A stretch of DNA of 64,000 nucleotides. Source: the human T2T-CHM13v2.0 reference genome, Homo sapiens. Below are positions 26,650-43,229 of this stretch, piece after piece. Made by a program: the position numbers and the translations under genes. The DNA is taken from the NCBI RefSeq assembly GCF_009914755.1, contig NC_060945.1; one strand, written 5' to 3'. Position 1 is the first letter of the stretch; every line of letters begins with the position of its first letter. The notes under the pieces were generated by a model, which worked only from the letters and a program-made list of their open reading frames with translations, had not been told where the DNA came from and searched no databases.

Positions 26650-29085
26650 AAACATTTTTAAAATTTTTAAAAGAGAAGTGTAGATTCCATCATCTGTCAT
26701 TAATTTCCCTCCCTCAACTCCCTGGCCCATCTTTTACTTGGTCATATCCTTTTGGCAAAAACATCTGGTTAAATCCATCAGACTGCCCAGTTCACACCTG
26801 TACCCAGACAGCTGACTGTGGCTAGAGAAAACAGAAGAAAGCATGCAAACATGTTGGCTGGTCTCACTTTAAATTCCTGACCCCTAATGTCAAGTGTCCC
26901 CTTAAATGCCACTGGCAATCACACCAAAATTCTCTGTCTATTCCCTCACCCACACTCACGAAGTTTATGTCTTCTGCTTTCCTTCCAGATTCCCAACAAT
27001 TTCTTCCCATCTGATGACCTTTTGTTCTACTTCTCTGAGAAAAATGAAGCAATCAGAGAGGACTACCACAAACTTCTAAGACTATATATATTCTCTGGTG
27101 ATCTATCTGCATGCAGGTATATACACTCTACCTTTCTGCCTGTTGATGTAGACAACTATCCATACTCCTCTCTAAAGCCAACCCCTCCACTTGTGATGAG
27201 GTCCAATCTCCACCCCTTGCTCACTCAAGGGCAATGTTTTAGCAATTTTCCTCTCTCTCCTCCACATCATCAAATTATAACTATGAAAATTTGCTGCTTT
27301 CTCCCTCTCCTTTGCAGAAATATTAAAAGAGGCATCTGTATTTGCCATGTTCCCTTATTTTCCCCATTCTCTCTTAAACCCACTCCAGTGCATCTTCCAT
27401 CCAACCACGTGCTGTTCTCAAGGGCACTAATGATCTCCCGGTTTATAAAGCCAATGTTTCTCTCTTGTCTTCATTGTACTTGACCTATTCTATCAGCAGC
27501 ATTTGACACCACTGATTACTCATTCTGCTCTGGTGTACTTTCTTCAATTGCTTCCAAGACACCATAAATTCTTCTGCCTTGCTGGCTGCCTTTGCTGGTT
27601 CCTCCTCTTCTCCCTGACCTCTTAATGTTGGAGAACCACAGGGCTTAGTCCTTGGTCCTCTTCTCTCTTTTCTTTACACTGTGGTCCTCAGTGAGGGAGA
27701 TAGGTAGATCCACTGTCCCGATCTTAACCCAAAGAAAGACTTGCTGTCCAGCTACGGGGGCTGTGGTCAGAAGGCAGCCTCGAGCCTTCAGTTCCTGCAG
27801 GACCTGTCTCAGGGCAGAGGGCGGCATCCCAGGGTAGGCCATATCTGGTGACTGAATGAGGCAGGGATAAAGGACTGGTCATATCAGCCTCTGCAGGACA
27901 AGGATGATGGGCAGTATTAATTCCAGAGCTTCCAGCCAGGTTGTTCTACACCACTGTTTGACTTCTCCACGCGGTCCTGCTTGCTTCCTCTTTCTTTTGC
28001 AGTTCATCTAAATGCCGTCTTCTTGCCTGTTTCTGGAGAAATCAACCTACAACTCTTGGAGATCCCCTCCGGTCTCATGACTGCGAATACTTTCCACATG
28101 CTAACAACTCCCAATGCATGTCTCTAGCCAGTGCTTTTTCCCCTAGACTCCACAATCGAATACCGCACTGTGCACGTACACCCTCTGGGTATCTTCCAGG
28201 TGCCTTTCCCAGCTGAGCTAAGGGCAATTGAACCCTCCCAACTATTCAGACCAAAATACTTGGTGCCATACTTGCCTTCCCTTTCCTTTCACATCCCACA
28301 TCGAATCAGTCGGAAAATTCTGTTGCATCCACTCTCCAAATATGTGCCAATCCAAATCTCTTCTCACCCCTTCCTGCTGCTGCCACTATAATCCGAGCCA
28401 CCATTCTCTACTAGATTACGACAAAACCTCTGAACAAGTCTCCCTGTTTCCACTCTTGTCCTTCTACAATCCATCCTCATCCAGGACCATGGGGATCCTT
28501 TTAAAGTATAAATTAGATCACAGCATTCCTCCGCTCAAGGGGTAAAAGCCAAACTCCCTAGAGGGACCCACAAAGCATATCACCCCTCTGGCCTCGTTAT
28601 TACTTCTCTGTCCTCATCTCCTGCTGCTTCTCCCCTTGTTCATGCCACTGAAGCCACACTTGGCCTCCTCGATGTTCCCTGAACTTTCCAGACACACTCC
28701 CTCTTTCTGGAACATTCCAGGTAGGCTGCTAATTTCTTTATATTCTTTTAGTCTTCATTCAAATGGTACCATCTCATCACTATACCCTAATCTACCCCGC
28801 TTACCTCCCAGAACTGCCCACCCACCCAAAGCAGGTCTACTTTGCTTTTTTAAAATATCATTTCCCACTTCCAACACACTGAATCATTAAGTTAAACTTA
28901 ATTAATTCATTTAAAATGAAGACGTAACTCATTACAATTAATAAACAATTATTTATTTTTTAATAGTAATTCACAAAGACAAGGGTCTTTGCCTCTTTTG
29001 ATCACCAAAGTATCCCAAGTACCTAGGACACTGCCTAGCACACAGTAGGACCTAAAAATAAATACATTTGTTGAGTGAACAAATA
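26650..29085 (+). mobile_element. Long L2 relic with an LTR-like insert at ~27670-27960
   Basis: CT-rich L2 body ending cctagcacacagtagg...tttgttgagtgaac. Confidence 0.75.
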
Positions 29086-29190
29086 GTATTTGCTCTTCAC
29101 AAGATTAGGTTGGCAGAATGAAGCATAAAGGGACAAAAATAAAACAAAGAAAGAAAGAGAAGGTAGGAGACATAGAAAATACAGTGAAAG

Positions 29191-29485
29191 GGCCGGGCAT
29201 GGTGGCTCACGCTTGTAATCCCAGCACTTTGGGAGGCCGAGGCAGGAGGATCACAAAGTCAAGAGTTTGAGACCAGCCAACATAGTGAAATCCTGTCTCT
29301 ACTAAAAATACAAAAATTTAGCAGGGCATGGTGGCGGGTGCCTGTAATCCTAGCTATTCAGGAGGCTGAGGCAGGAGAATTGCTTGAACCCGGGAGGCAG
29401 AGGTTGCAACAAGTCGAGATCACACCATTGCACACCACCTGGGAGACAGTCCACAACTCTGTCAAAAGAGAAAAAGAAAGAAAAA
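29191..29485 (+). mobile_element. AluS
   Basis: Dimer whose tail runs into the GGAA repeat. Confidence 0.9.
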
Positions 29486-29557
29486 GGAAGGAAGGAAGGA
29501 AGGAAGGAAGGAAGGAAGGAAGGAAGGAAGGAAGGAAGGAAGGAAGGGAGGGAGGGA
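29486..29557 (+). repeat. (GGAA)15(GGGA)3 microsatellite in an Alu tail
   Basis: Uninterrupted GGAA run at 29486-29545. Confidence 0.95.
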
Positions 29558-29559
29558 GG

Positions 29560-31260
29560 AAAGACAATGAAAGGATGTAATATGAAGAAAAAAGAGAACT
29601 GGACTGAAGAGATACAGGTTGGAAATTTCCCAAAATGCAAAAAAGATACCAACCCATAGATTCAAGAAGTCCTACAAACCCTGAACAGAATAAATAAAAA
29701 TATATTTACACCTAGACATGTCATAGTGGAACTGGAAAGCCAAAGGCAGAGAGAAAAACCATAAAAGCAACAAGAAGGAGACTGATGAGCTATTGTACTA
29801 AGAAGCAACAATTAGGCAGAGAGCCGACTTCTCAGCAAGAACAGATGCCAGAAGATAATGAACTGGTATCTTCTAAGTGTTTGAAGAAAATCACCGCCAA
29901 CTGAGAATTCTATATGCAGCAGAAATAAAGATAATTTAAGACGGACAGAAGTATAATAATAATAATAATAATTAACAATAATGTCTTAGATGTTTAGAAT
30001 AGTATGAAAGAAAAAAATTTACTATATATTATAATCCAGTAGAGAATAAAAGGAGTTAATATACTCTAATGTCCTTGTATTATCTAGGAAGGCTAATGTC
30101 CTTGTATTATCTAGGAAGGCTTCAAAGTACTAATTTATATTAGACTTTGCAATCCAAGGTAGCTATGGGTAATCCTGAGGTTTTTTTAATAGGATAGACA
30201 TTAAAAAGCCAGTAACTGATCATTCTGACTACATTCCAGGTAAAAACTTAGTTGTTTACTTAAAAAATAAACAAGACAATAAAATGCAAGCCACACGGTG
30301 AGACAATGTTTGCGACTCATGCAACTGACAAGGAGATATTATGCAGAATAATTTAAAACACACACATGCACACAACTGTACAAATCAATAAGAAAAACAT
30401 CAACTACCAAATAAAAAATGACAAGTGACATTTGTCAGGCAGTTCACAAAAGAAAATATTCCAATGACCAATAAACCTATGAATAGGAGCTTGGCCATGC
30501 TGGTTTTTCAATTTACAAAATGTAAATTCAAACCAGGAAATCCACTTATTACCAGAAGAGCTAGAATTGAAATGACTAATAACACCAAGGTTTTCTGAGG
30601 GCATAATGCAAGAGGAACTCCCTTATCCTACTAGGGAGAGTGTAATTGGGTCAGGCACTTTAGTAAAGATGAAAAATCAGCAATTTCAATTCTAGAAATA
30701 CACCCCAAGAAACACATGGACATGAGTGCTGGGGAAGGTATCTCCAAAAAAAGTCCATTGTAGCACTATTCACAATAGTCAAACATTGGAACTAATCCAA
30801 ATGATCACCAGCAGTAGAATGGATTATGAAGTTATAGCCTATTTATACCATGAAATTGTATAATAATTAAAGTGTACAAACTAGAGCTACACCCAAGAGA
30901 AAAGTTGAGGAAATAAAGCCAGACCCAGAATACTTAATAAAGTATGATTCCACTGATATACAGTTCAAAAACAAGCAAAATTAAACTACAGTGCTTAAGA
31001 ATCTACACTCAAGCACTAAATGTGAGACAAGAAGCAAAAATATGATTCCATAAAAATCAAGCCTGGTTGTTATCTTTAGGAGGCAGGGAGAAAATTGTGA
31101 TTGAGGATGGGAGGGGAGGCTTTCTTGGGGGCTGCCAATGTTGCATTTCTCGAGCTGGTGATGGCCACATTACCCAGTAGGCTGTACAGTCACGTGTTGT
31201 GCACTGTTCTGAATGTGTGGCATGTTTCACAATTTAAGAAGAGTTATAAAATCCACATAA
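29560..31260 (+). mobile_element. Old L1M (ME/MC) fragments
   Basis: A-rich ORF-like remnants and a 3'UTR with gtatgattccactgatatacagttcaaaaaca. Confidence 0.7.
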
Positions 31261-31519
31261 ACTATCCTGTAGACGAATATTTCCCACTGAATAGTAACCC
31301 CTTCCCAAATAAGAAAGCCTTTTAGATTTTGGCTATAGATATAAAATCTTGTATAAATATCACTGCTTCATTAAACCACTCAAAAGCCCAATGAGTAACA
31401 CATTTAATGACAGATAAGACAACTAAAGGTGATACTTAGTTCATTAAGACATTCTCCTCTTCCAACTATTAAACTAATAGCAGATGATATTATCATAGAT
31501 TCCTTTGAGGAAGAAAGAT

Positions 31520-31520
<1 letters not shown>

Positions 31521-31567
<47 letters not shown>

Positions 31568-31572
31568 CAGAC
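31521..31572 (+). repeat. (AGAT)11(AGAC)2 STR, followed by an AT/AC-rich low-complexity tract
   Basis: Read directly from sequence. Confidence 0.95.
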
Positions 31573-31699
31573 ATGTGTATACATTTGGTATGTATACATA
31601 TACACATATATACATATACATGCATGTAAGTGTATATACACATACACATATATGTGCATGCAAGTATACATATATGACTGACATAAAAACATGTTCCTT

Positions 31700-31861
31700 G
31701 GCTGGGCACAGTGGCTCATGCTTATAGTCCCAGCTACCAGGGAGGCTAGACAGAGAGATTGCTTGAGCCCAGGAATCCAAGGTTACAGTGAGGTATGATT
31801 GTGCCACTGTACTACAGCTTGGGTGACGGAGCTGTCACCCTATCCCTTTTAAAAAAAAAAA
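31700..31861 (+). mobile_element. FAM/FRAM Alu monomer
   Basis: Single right-type monomer. Confidence 0.75.
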
Positions 31862-32131
31862 GATATACTCTTTACTGTGACTTTATTTGAAAATGAAGGC
31901 AGCATAAGAGTGAGTTCAGTGCATCCACCCTCTTCCTTCACTCTCTCTCTGGTGTCACTGGACTGGATGAGTTATGGACATGACAATTCCAGCCCAAGGG
32001 CACTAGAAAGTAAGTGAGAAGGGAAGAGCTGACTTATCCCACACTGAGCCCAGAGATTCAAACCAGCCACCCAAGGTTCGCCTTTCTCTTCATGACGAGT
32101 CATAGATCCATTACCCATTAATGCAGTGACA

Positions 32132-32168
<37 letters not shown>

Positions 32169-32452
32169 TTGAGAAAAGGTCTCGCTTTGTCACCCAGGCT
32201 GGAGGGCAGTGGTGCAATCTTGGCTCACTGCAACATCTAGCTCCCGGGTTCAAGCGATTCTCCTGCCTCAGCCTCCCGAGCAGCTGTGACTACAGGCGCC
32301 CACTACCACACCCGGCTAATTTTTGTATTTTTAGTAGAGATGGGGTTTCACCATGTTGGCCAGGCTGGTCACGAACTCTTGACCTCAAGTGATCCACCTA
32401 CCTCAGCCTCCCAAAGTGCTTGTATTACAGGCATGAGCCACTGTGCTCAGCC
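32132..32452 (-). mobile_element. AluS with (ATT)n tail
   Basis: Full dimer. Confidence 0.92.
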
Positions 32453-32639
32453 AACAATTATTTTTAAAGCAATGCTAGTCCATCACCCCTTAGGGCAGGG
32501 AGCGCTCACTCTCATTCTTACTTACACTGTAAGGGGGTTTATCATTGTATTTTCTGATTAGGATGCCCTACAGAACAGGACATCGAGTTCTCTGATGGGT
32601 ATTTTTTTTGCATAGGATTGGTGGAAGAGACTATTCCTT

Positions 32640-33085
32640 TCCCCCTTTATTTGTAATGTTTTCCTCTGTACTGCACCTCCATACTTCTTCCACCATCCTT
32701 AACCACAAGATGGGCACAGGATCCAGCTGGGATCATTGTTGAACCTCAAGCCCTGTACACAGTGATTGGTCCAGGGGTGGGTTCACGATCGATATTAGCT
32801 AATCAGAGAAATTCCTTGGGAATTTTTTTATTTTAAAACTGCGGACGTCAGCCTAAAACTGCTGGCAGCCATGCTTCTGTTTGGTTCAAGCTGGCCTGAG
32901 AAGAACTAATCTGATCCAGGGAAAACAGGGATGAAAGACAGAGAGCATTTGATCGTGTTAACTTCCCTGGGTCCAGCTGTCCCCTAACCCCAGCCTTACC
33001 CTGACTGGTACACAGACAAACGTATTCCCACTTTGGCCCTAAATCAACTTAGGTTTCTGATCCTTACAACCCAACATTCTAACAG
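32640..33085 (+). mobile_element. Ancient MLT1 (I/J/K-like) LTR relic
   Basis: 3' end ggtttctgatccttacaacccaacattctaaca resembles old MLT1 LTR ends. Confidence 0.55.
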
Positions 33086-34347
33086 GACCGGGATTTTGTT
33101 TTTTTTTCTGGGTTTTTTAAATGGTTTTACTGCTGATGTTGTTTTGCAGGGGTAAGAAGCAGAGAAGATCTGCTCCTGTGATCCACAACACTCCTCCATA
33201 CCACATATTTGTGCAAAAACATCTTGTTAGTCCCTAAGCTTCCTCTAATGATGTCTTTTAAAACTGCACCTTACATGTCTTCTCCTTGATTAACACCCTT
33301 GTTTATTACCTCATTCAATCCTCCTTTTCCCTTTTCCAAATGCTGAATGATCACACGATGAATGTCTTAGATTTTTCTCTCTTCTGTGAAACTGCTGATC
33401 ACTCCCAAATTAAGAATTAAAAATGGAGCAGCTGCAGACGCTTTGCTAGCATCCAGATTACAATCTTAGAGTTCTTCCAGAAGAAAGCTCTCTGTTTCTG
33501 AGGAAACTCTGGTTGGTTGGGGGGCAACCCAAGGAAGTATCTCTGAAACCACACAACATGCAATGAAACCACAGGAAAAAAAGGGGGAGGGGGTTCTTCC
33601 TGTGTATTTGCTGAAGTATTTTGCTTTAAGAGAGATCAGTGGTGTTCAATTTCAAGAAAGAAACACCCATGAGGAAAAGTGCAGAGCAAAACAGCCCCAG
33701 GACATCTCTACCCAACACACAGGCCTGCTGGTGTCACTTGCATTGAACTTATACATTTCTTCATTATCCTAGTAATAAAGTCTGTGATTTCAGCATTTTA
33801 CAGGAAGGTAAAAACACATTCACAATAGCACTAGCCGATAGCTTTCTTAAGTAACTGCATGGTGAGCTTCATAGTATCCCCCGTTCCTAAAGACAGATTA
33901 GAGGCCCCAGCACTGCACTGTTTCAGATTTCTGTGGGCCACCAAAAATAAAAAGCATCCCAGGTGGAGTAAACTTGTTAACCAAAGGGCTACTTAAAAAT
34001 AAAATTGCTTGTAGAGAGCTCTCTTACAGCTTAATGAATGAGGCACCATTTCTCAAACTAAGATTGTGATCAAATGAGAAACCCTCCAAAGACCTCTGCT
34101 GAATACCTCACTTACACTCAAGCCTCCGCAGAGGGAGCCAATGAATGAGCCCCCAGCAACTGAAGTGGGTGTGGGGGAGTGGAGAAGGTTATATTTGAGC
34201 ATGTGATGGTAGAATTGAGAAAGCACTGAGACATCAGCCACAGATGGAGAGGAAAGAGCAGCTCTACCTATAGGAATTGTTAATAAGAGTTCTGTACTCT
34301 CTATTAACAAATCTTGGAACAGCTGACACCATGATGGCCAGGGACCA

Positions 34348-34425
34348 TGGATGGACGGATGGATGGATGGGTGGATGGATGGATGGCTGCATGGATTGAT
34401 TGATGGATGGATGGACGAATGGACA
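34348..34425 (+). repeat. Degenerate (TGGA)n repeat
   Basis: tggatggacggatggatggatgg... Confidence 0.85.
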
Positions 34426-34534
34426 GACTGAGTAAAGAATGGTGGCAGTTACAGCTGAGTGGGTGTGTGTTGATGGGGGAGGAAGGACAGAGGACAGGCC
34501 AACCACACCATAATTGTTGAGTAATGGCACAGTC

Positions 34535-34840
34535 CAGAGTGGGCAAAGTTTTTCTTTAAAGAATCAGATAAATATTTCAATCTTTGCGAGCCATATACTC
34601 TCTATTGAGCTCTGCCCTTGTTATGTAAAAGCAACCAAAGACAGTAAGTAAATGAAAATGACTTTGTTCCAATAAAACTTTATTCATGAATGCTGAAATC
34701 TGAATTTCATGATTTTTACATGACACCAATTATTCTTCTTTTCCCCCCAGCCGCTTAAAAATGTAAAAGACATTTTTAGTTCAAGGATCTTACAAGAATC
34801 AGTGGAATTTGGCCCTCAGGCCAGAATTCAACGACCCCAG
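34535..34840. mobile_element. MER58-type hAT element
   Basis: tgttccaataaaactttatt core with TIR-like ends. Confidence 0.7.
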
Positions 34841-34984
34841 ATCTAGTCTCCAAACACGCCAGTCACTCAGGATAGTGATCAGGAAAGAAGATCTCCCCAG
34901 CAGATCCTGGGAAGAGATCTAACACAACGCACATTTTCTATTCTGTGCTCTGTATATACTTCTCCTTCTGTCTTTATTGCATAA

Positions 34985-35375
<391 letters not shown>

Positions 35376-35506
35376 TGTGTCACATATTTCTAAATCTTCA
35401 GCACTTGGCATAGTACCTGGAACATAACAGGTGCTTGAGAGATATTCCCTGAATCAAACCATATTCCCCAACAACTGCAAGATTTCACTGTCAAAGTATG
35501 ACATAA

Positions 35507-35846
<340 letters not shown>

Positions 35847-36291
35847 TCACAGCCATGAATACTATGCCCTTGGCCCTTGGGATGGTTGACAGAGGTCATA
35901 GGAAGTAAACCGTACTCATAACCTTGAAGCTGGATTTCACCCTTTGCCAAAAGCAACTCTTAGTTTGTCACATTGTAAAAGGCAGGAAACCAGTTACCTT
36001 ATTCTTGCCATGACCACACAGATGTTACTTAACTTACGCATGTCCCAAATGGAAAGAAACATATCCATCCGTTAGCAGAGAATGAAAAACATGTCACCCT
36101 TTGGCTCCTCAGTTTGGGAATTGATGGGCAATGAACACACTCCTGGTTCCTTTTCTTTCCCATCCATCTCTCCCTCCAGGCCATCCATCAGGAGAAAGCT
36201 CAATGTCATCTTCATGGTGAGCACTATGTAGCCATATCCTACAGGCTTTCTTTGCAATACTTAAGTTTCCAAGGAAGGCAGAGACTATTAA

Positions 36292-36703
<412 letters not shown>

Positions 36704-38643
36704 TGACTCATGAGTATTCAGATTTGGATGGGTCCCAGAAAATAGCTCCAGAAACATAATTGCAATCCCAGGCAGGAAGCCAGGCAGGCAGGTAAGCAGG
36801 CAAGAAGTAAGGAGAGAAGGAAGGAGGGAGGGAGGGAGGGAGAGAGGAAAGGAGGAAGTGAAGAAGAGAAGAAGGGCACAAACAGAGCAACTCACCTGGT
36901 TCATCCTCAACCCCCACCTGCCCCAGCAGTCTTTCAGTTGCAAGCCCTATGAACAGCAAAGGGGACACAGAGCTGGAAGAACGCCACTATTGCCTTTCTC
37001 TAGGTAGGTCTGTCAGTAACTCTTTGCTTGATTTGCACCAAGACTTAGTTTCCCAGTCAACAGAATGGGACTAGAAGTACCCAGACCAACAGGCCGAAAT
37101 AACCTCATTCTGTACATTTTTGAAATTCACTAGTTATCCATTTTAAATGGCATTTGGATTCTTTTTTTCTTTGTGAAGAAGTCTCCATAGCAACTGAACT
37201 TGAATACCTTGGTATTCAACCCAAACTTACCTACCTAATAAGTTTGGCAAGAATGTTTTTATTCTTTTCTTACCAAAGGCCACATTTAAGAGGATCCAGA
37301 AATTCTGACAGGCCTCATGCATTCTATCTGAGACCAAAGAGCAGACAACCAAGAGACCTGTTTATCAGCAAAAGCAGCAACATTCCGTTTCTTCGCCATT
37401 TGGGTAACTCTGTCCTTTATCAATTACAGTCCTTGACAGACTCATTCCTATTCGTTACCTATTTGTTCTTGTGTGTTGGTATTATATTTTCCACATCCTC
37501 ATGGGCCACTAAATTATAATATTTTAACTTCAAATGACGTCTAACTTGGAATCACGTAATCAATATTACTTTACTGAGTGTTTATCTTCCCTAAACTGCT
37601 TCATGGACCACAAAAGAAGACCTAAAAAACAACATCTGATGCTCAGTTTCAATGGATCAATGAGCTGAACCCAAAAATAGCCACTCTAGAATATTCATGA
37701 GAGGCCTCTCAGTATAACTGGAAACTTCATACCAAGTTTCACTTTCAAAGAATTCATTTTAAAACATGTTCTCTGATTTTAAACTCAGTTATTTATATGA
37801 TATTAAAGAGACTTTAACCAACTTGATGGCAAACCTAACAAAAGATGTCTACCAATTATTTTAACTTCATCAAAGGTTTTAAGGGAAACTATTTAAGACA
37901 TATTAACAACTTCCTATTTTGTTCCATAGGCCCCATTCTTAAAAGGCTCCTCAGGGCTTTAATATTCCATAATATTAAAAGGGCTTTAATATTCCATAAT
38001 AATTTATTTTACGCTTTCTTAATAACCTTTTCTCAAACTCCAGGTGAATCATTTCTGCAATTTGTTACTGTTTGTAGCTCAACAAATTATTCATTTGAGC
38101 TGGCTGAGCCACATGCATAACATTTTTAATTAGAGTGCCACAGTTGACTTCAAATCCAAAATATCCCAATCCAAAATTATTCTGTAGGCTTCGGATTTGC
38201 TGCCAGGAGTCTAAAAAGCTAAAAATAGCGACCAAACTTTCACATCACAAGGCAGAAAAAAGCATTTCAAGAAAGCGTACAGGCTTCAAATAGATGCGTG
38301 AACAGATCCCAAAAGGCAGGCATAGGCTGACAAGACTTCAGATTTGACCGTCCCCAGTATACTTATATTTGTAAGAAGAAAAGGACGGGAGAAAAACTCA
38401 GTAAAACAGCAGCTCATAATGATAAGCTACATAGAGTAGCAGCAGGGGGAAATATGGCAAAACTGGTAAAATACAAGCGTCTAGACTCTCTTTAGTATAA
38501 AACTAAAGATATTAAATTAGCATGTCAATTTTGAACAAATCTATAATAATGCAATCAGCAAACTTCAGAATGTAAGATACTTTACAAAGCAAAGGACTTG
38601 GACTCTTAAGTAAAGAGAAAAGAGAAGAAAGAAAGGGATGATA

Positions 38644-39896
<1,253 letters not shown>

Positions 39897-39899
39897 CAA

Positions 39900-40335
39900 T
39901 GTATGGGTGTTATTTGGATCACGATTCAAAAAGATGAGCTGTTAAAAAATTATGAGACAGAGGTTAAGTTTGAAAAGTGACCATATGCCTGATAATATTG
40001 AGATACACAGGCAATATGGCTTTTCTTTTTATTTTTTGAACCCAGACAGAGGCTGGAACAATATGGCTTTTTTATGTTCTTATCTTTAGCAGTATATACA
40101 GATGAAATGAGAGCATATCTGTGATTCATATACAGACAACCCAGTATGGGTATGTGGGTGTGTTTTTGTGTGTGCACGCGCATGTGTGTGTAGTGACTGC
40201 AGGCCAAAGTAGATTGGCCACAGGTTGATATTCCCTGAAGGTGGGTGATGAGTATGTGAGAGTTTCTGTGGGGGTTTATATACTATCCTCTCAATGTGTA
40301 AATGTTTGAAATTACCCACAATAAAAAGGTTTTCA
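39900..40335 (+). mobile_element. L1MC-type 3' end
   Basis: tatactatcctctcaatgtgtaaatgtttgaaattacccacaataaaaagg. Confidence 0.65.
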
Positions 40336-40384
40336 AAAAACAATATGTACAAGACATACTGCGGTCTATATGCCCAGACTATAC

Positions 40385-40666
40385 CTCTGGGTGGCCTGAG
40401 GGTGTGTGTGGCCTGCAGACATATTTTGTTTGGACAGTGGACTGTTTAAAAAAATGTTGTTTCCTTTTTGATCCAATATTTAAAAATAAGAAGACTTCAC
40501 ATAAAAATTAGGATTTCCAACTAATCTTGAAAAAATAGAAAGATCTGGCAGCAGTAGGCTATAGCAACAAGCCCCGGTATGCAGCCTGTGCCGCCCTCTC
40601 TCAGACCCAGCACCCACACATTTCTGGGGCCTCCCTGGTCTGTGGCCATTTGAGTTTGGCCCCCAG
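40385..40666. mobile_element. MER102-like hAT relic
   Basis: tggcctgcagacatattttgtttgg...ccatttgagtttgg. Confidence 0.55.
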
Positions 40667-42375
40667 TGTCCCAGGCTTTTCAGAGCAGCAACTCAGTGCC
40701 AACCTCCAGGGACAAACTTTCCAGAATGACTGTGTTCTTCTCTCAGCCCAGACTCCTAGAGCTTTGTTTTCTGACCAGTCATCAAAAGTTCCTGACAACA
40801 ACTTCAATTCAAGCACTTGAAGAGTTTTAGTTTATATTACACAAAGCGGTGATTCAAAACATATGGGTAGTCAACAGACTGGAAAAGAAAACCCCAGAGT
40901 TTCTGAAGTTTATTTGGCTTGAGGACCTCTGGCCGGTTCTGCCGACTCTCCTTATCATTCAGGCAACAGGACTGGCTCCTGTCTTGCTCCACAGACTCCC
41001 AGAATGCAAAGGCAGGAAGGGGGCTAAGAGCTCATTTAGTACCTTCCTCCTCATTTTACGATGAGACTCAAGCCAAGGGAGGTTGAGTAATTCATCCAAT
41101 CACTTTCCAAGGGGTCTCTGGAGGAAGGGATGGGAAAGAAAATGTAATGTAAGATGGAGTGCTGACAGCTCCTATACACATGCCAGAGTTACTGGATGAC
41201 AATTTGTTCCTGCATGTTTTTACTCCCTGCAAAGTACTTTTCCAGTATGATTATGGAACAAGAGCAACGTTTCTCTAGAAAAAGATAGATTTTCAACCTT
41301 AAAAAGAACTAAGGGTTGAACCACTTGGGTCATGATATTCCTGTTTAATGGACCACTCTAAGAGGAATGACCGTTGATGAGGTCTCCTGGCACCTAACTG
41401 ATGTTCCTCACTTGTACAATTACTTGTCATCAGGCAAGAAGACAAATAAGAGGAAGGACAGGAAAGTCCTTCTAACTCCTCAGGTTCTCTGAAGACTCTT
41501 TTAGATCCTAGACTCTTCATAACGGCTCTCAGACTCATTCACCCCTTCAGCCCGGCTGAGTCAAAGGAAATTCTCAAGGTCATGCAGTGGCCACCATATT
41601 TGCAGAGCCCACCCTCGGTGAACTTGGGTTCTTCCCAAAGTGAACTCACCCAGTTAACAATAGACTATTCTTGAAATTTAATTAATTCAATGGCAGACAA
41701 GCCAAAAGAAGAGAAATTAAAGCAACCCTGAGGCAATATGAGTTTGCACAGTGGAGTACATGTAATACTCCCAGCTCCCCAACGCGGAAGGCTCATTTTC
41801 CTCTAGTTCCACCTCATGGGCTGGCACATCCCATCAGCTTTCTTATCACTTCTGATGGGCTTTAAGTTAGCAACTCTTTTCTCCCATTAAAAATGTAGGA
41901 AAACATCATCAGATTTTGTCATCCAAGGTCTATAGGCACCATAGCAATCACTTAGCTGGGGTTCCCCGGCTTTCTGGGCATCAAAAACTGGGCTTGAGGA
42001 GCTCCTTCTGGGCCAGTGGTCACAGGTTATATCACATTAATTAGTCTGACTCATAATTGCTCACCACCACTGTTAAGCTGAAAAGGTTTGAACTGAGTGC
42101 CCAGTAGGAAATATGGAGGCTTTGGAGCCTTAGGGGGGCATCTGTGACCAACCCCTGCTCAGCCGGAACCTAAGAACCACGAGAGCAGTGGGAGAGGAGC
42201 CACAGAAATCAGTCTGGCAAGAGAGGGCCAAAGTTGAAACTGAGACAGTGGCCACAGAGGTGAAGAGAAGATGTGGACAGGAAGGGGCAGGCGAGGGTAG
42301 GGGTGGGGGCAGGGTTTGAAAAACTAGGTAGCTAGAGAGGCTATGTACCAACATGACATAAAAGATACAAAACTG

Positions 42376-42975
<600 letters not shown>

Positions 42976-42995
42976 AAAATTCCTTTCTTTTGCTC

Positions 42996-43229
42996 TGCAT
43001 TAGTCTCTTTTCACACTGCTGATAAAGACATACCCGAAACTGGGAACAAAGAGAGGTTTAATTGCACTTACAGTTCCACATGGCTGGGGAGGCCTCAGAA
43101 TCATGGCAGGAAGCGAAAGGCACTTCTTTCGTGGTGGTGGCAAGAGAAAAATGAGAGACAAGCAAAAGCAGAAACCCCTGATAAACCCATCGGATCTCGT
43201 GAGACTTATTTATAAGCCAAACCATATCA
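42996..43229 (-). mobile_element. THE1-type LTR with internal deletion
   Basis: ctgctgataaagacatacccg...ccaaaccatatca; perfect TSD TGCTC on both sides; shorter than a full THE1 LTR. Confidence 0.85.

Noticed and set aside
26887-27483. 198-aa ORF, the longest in the track
   Set aside because: Lies within a decayed L2 element; no recognisable intact domain.
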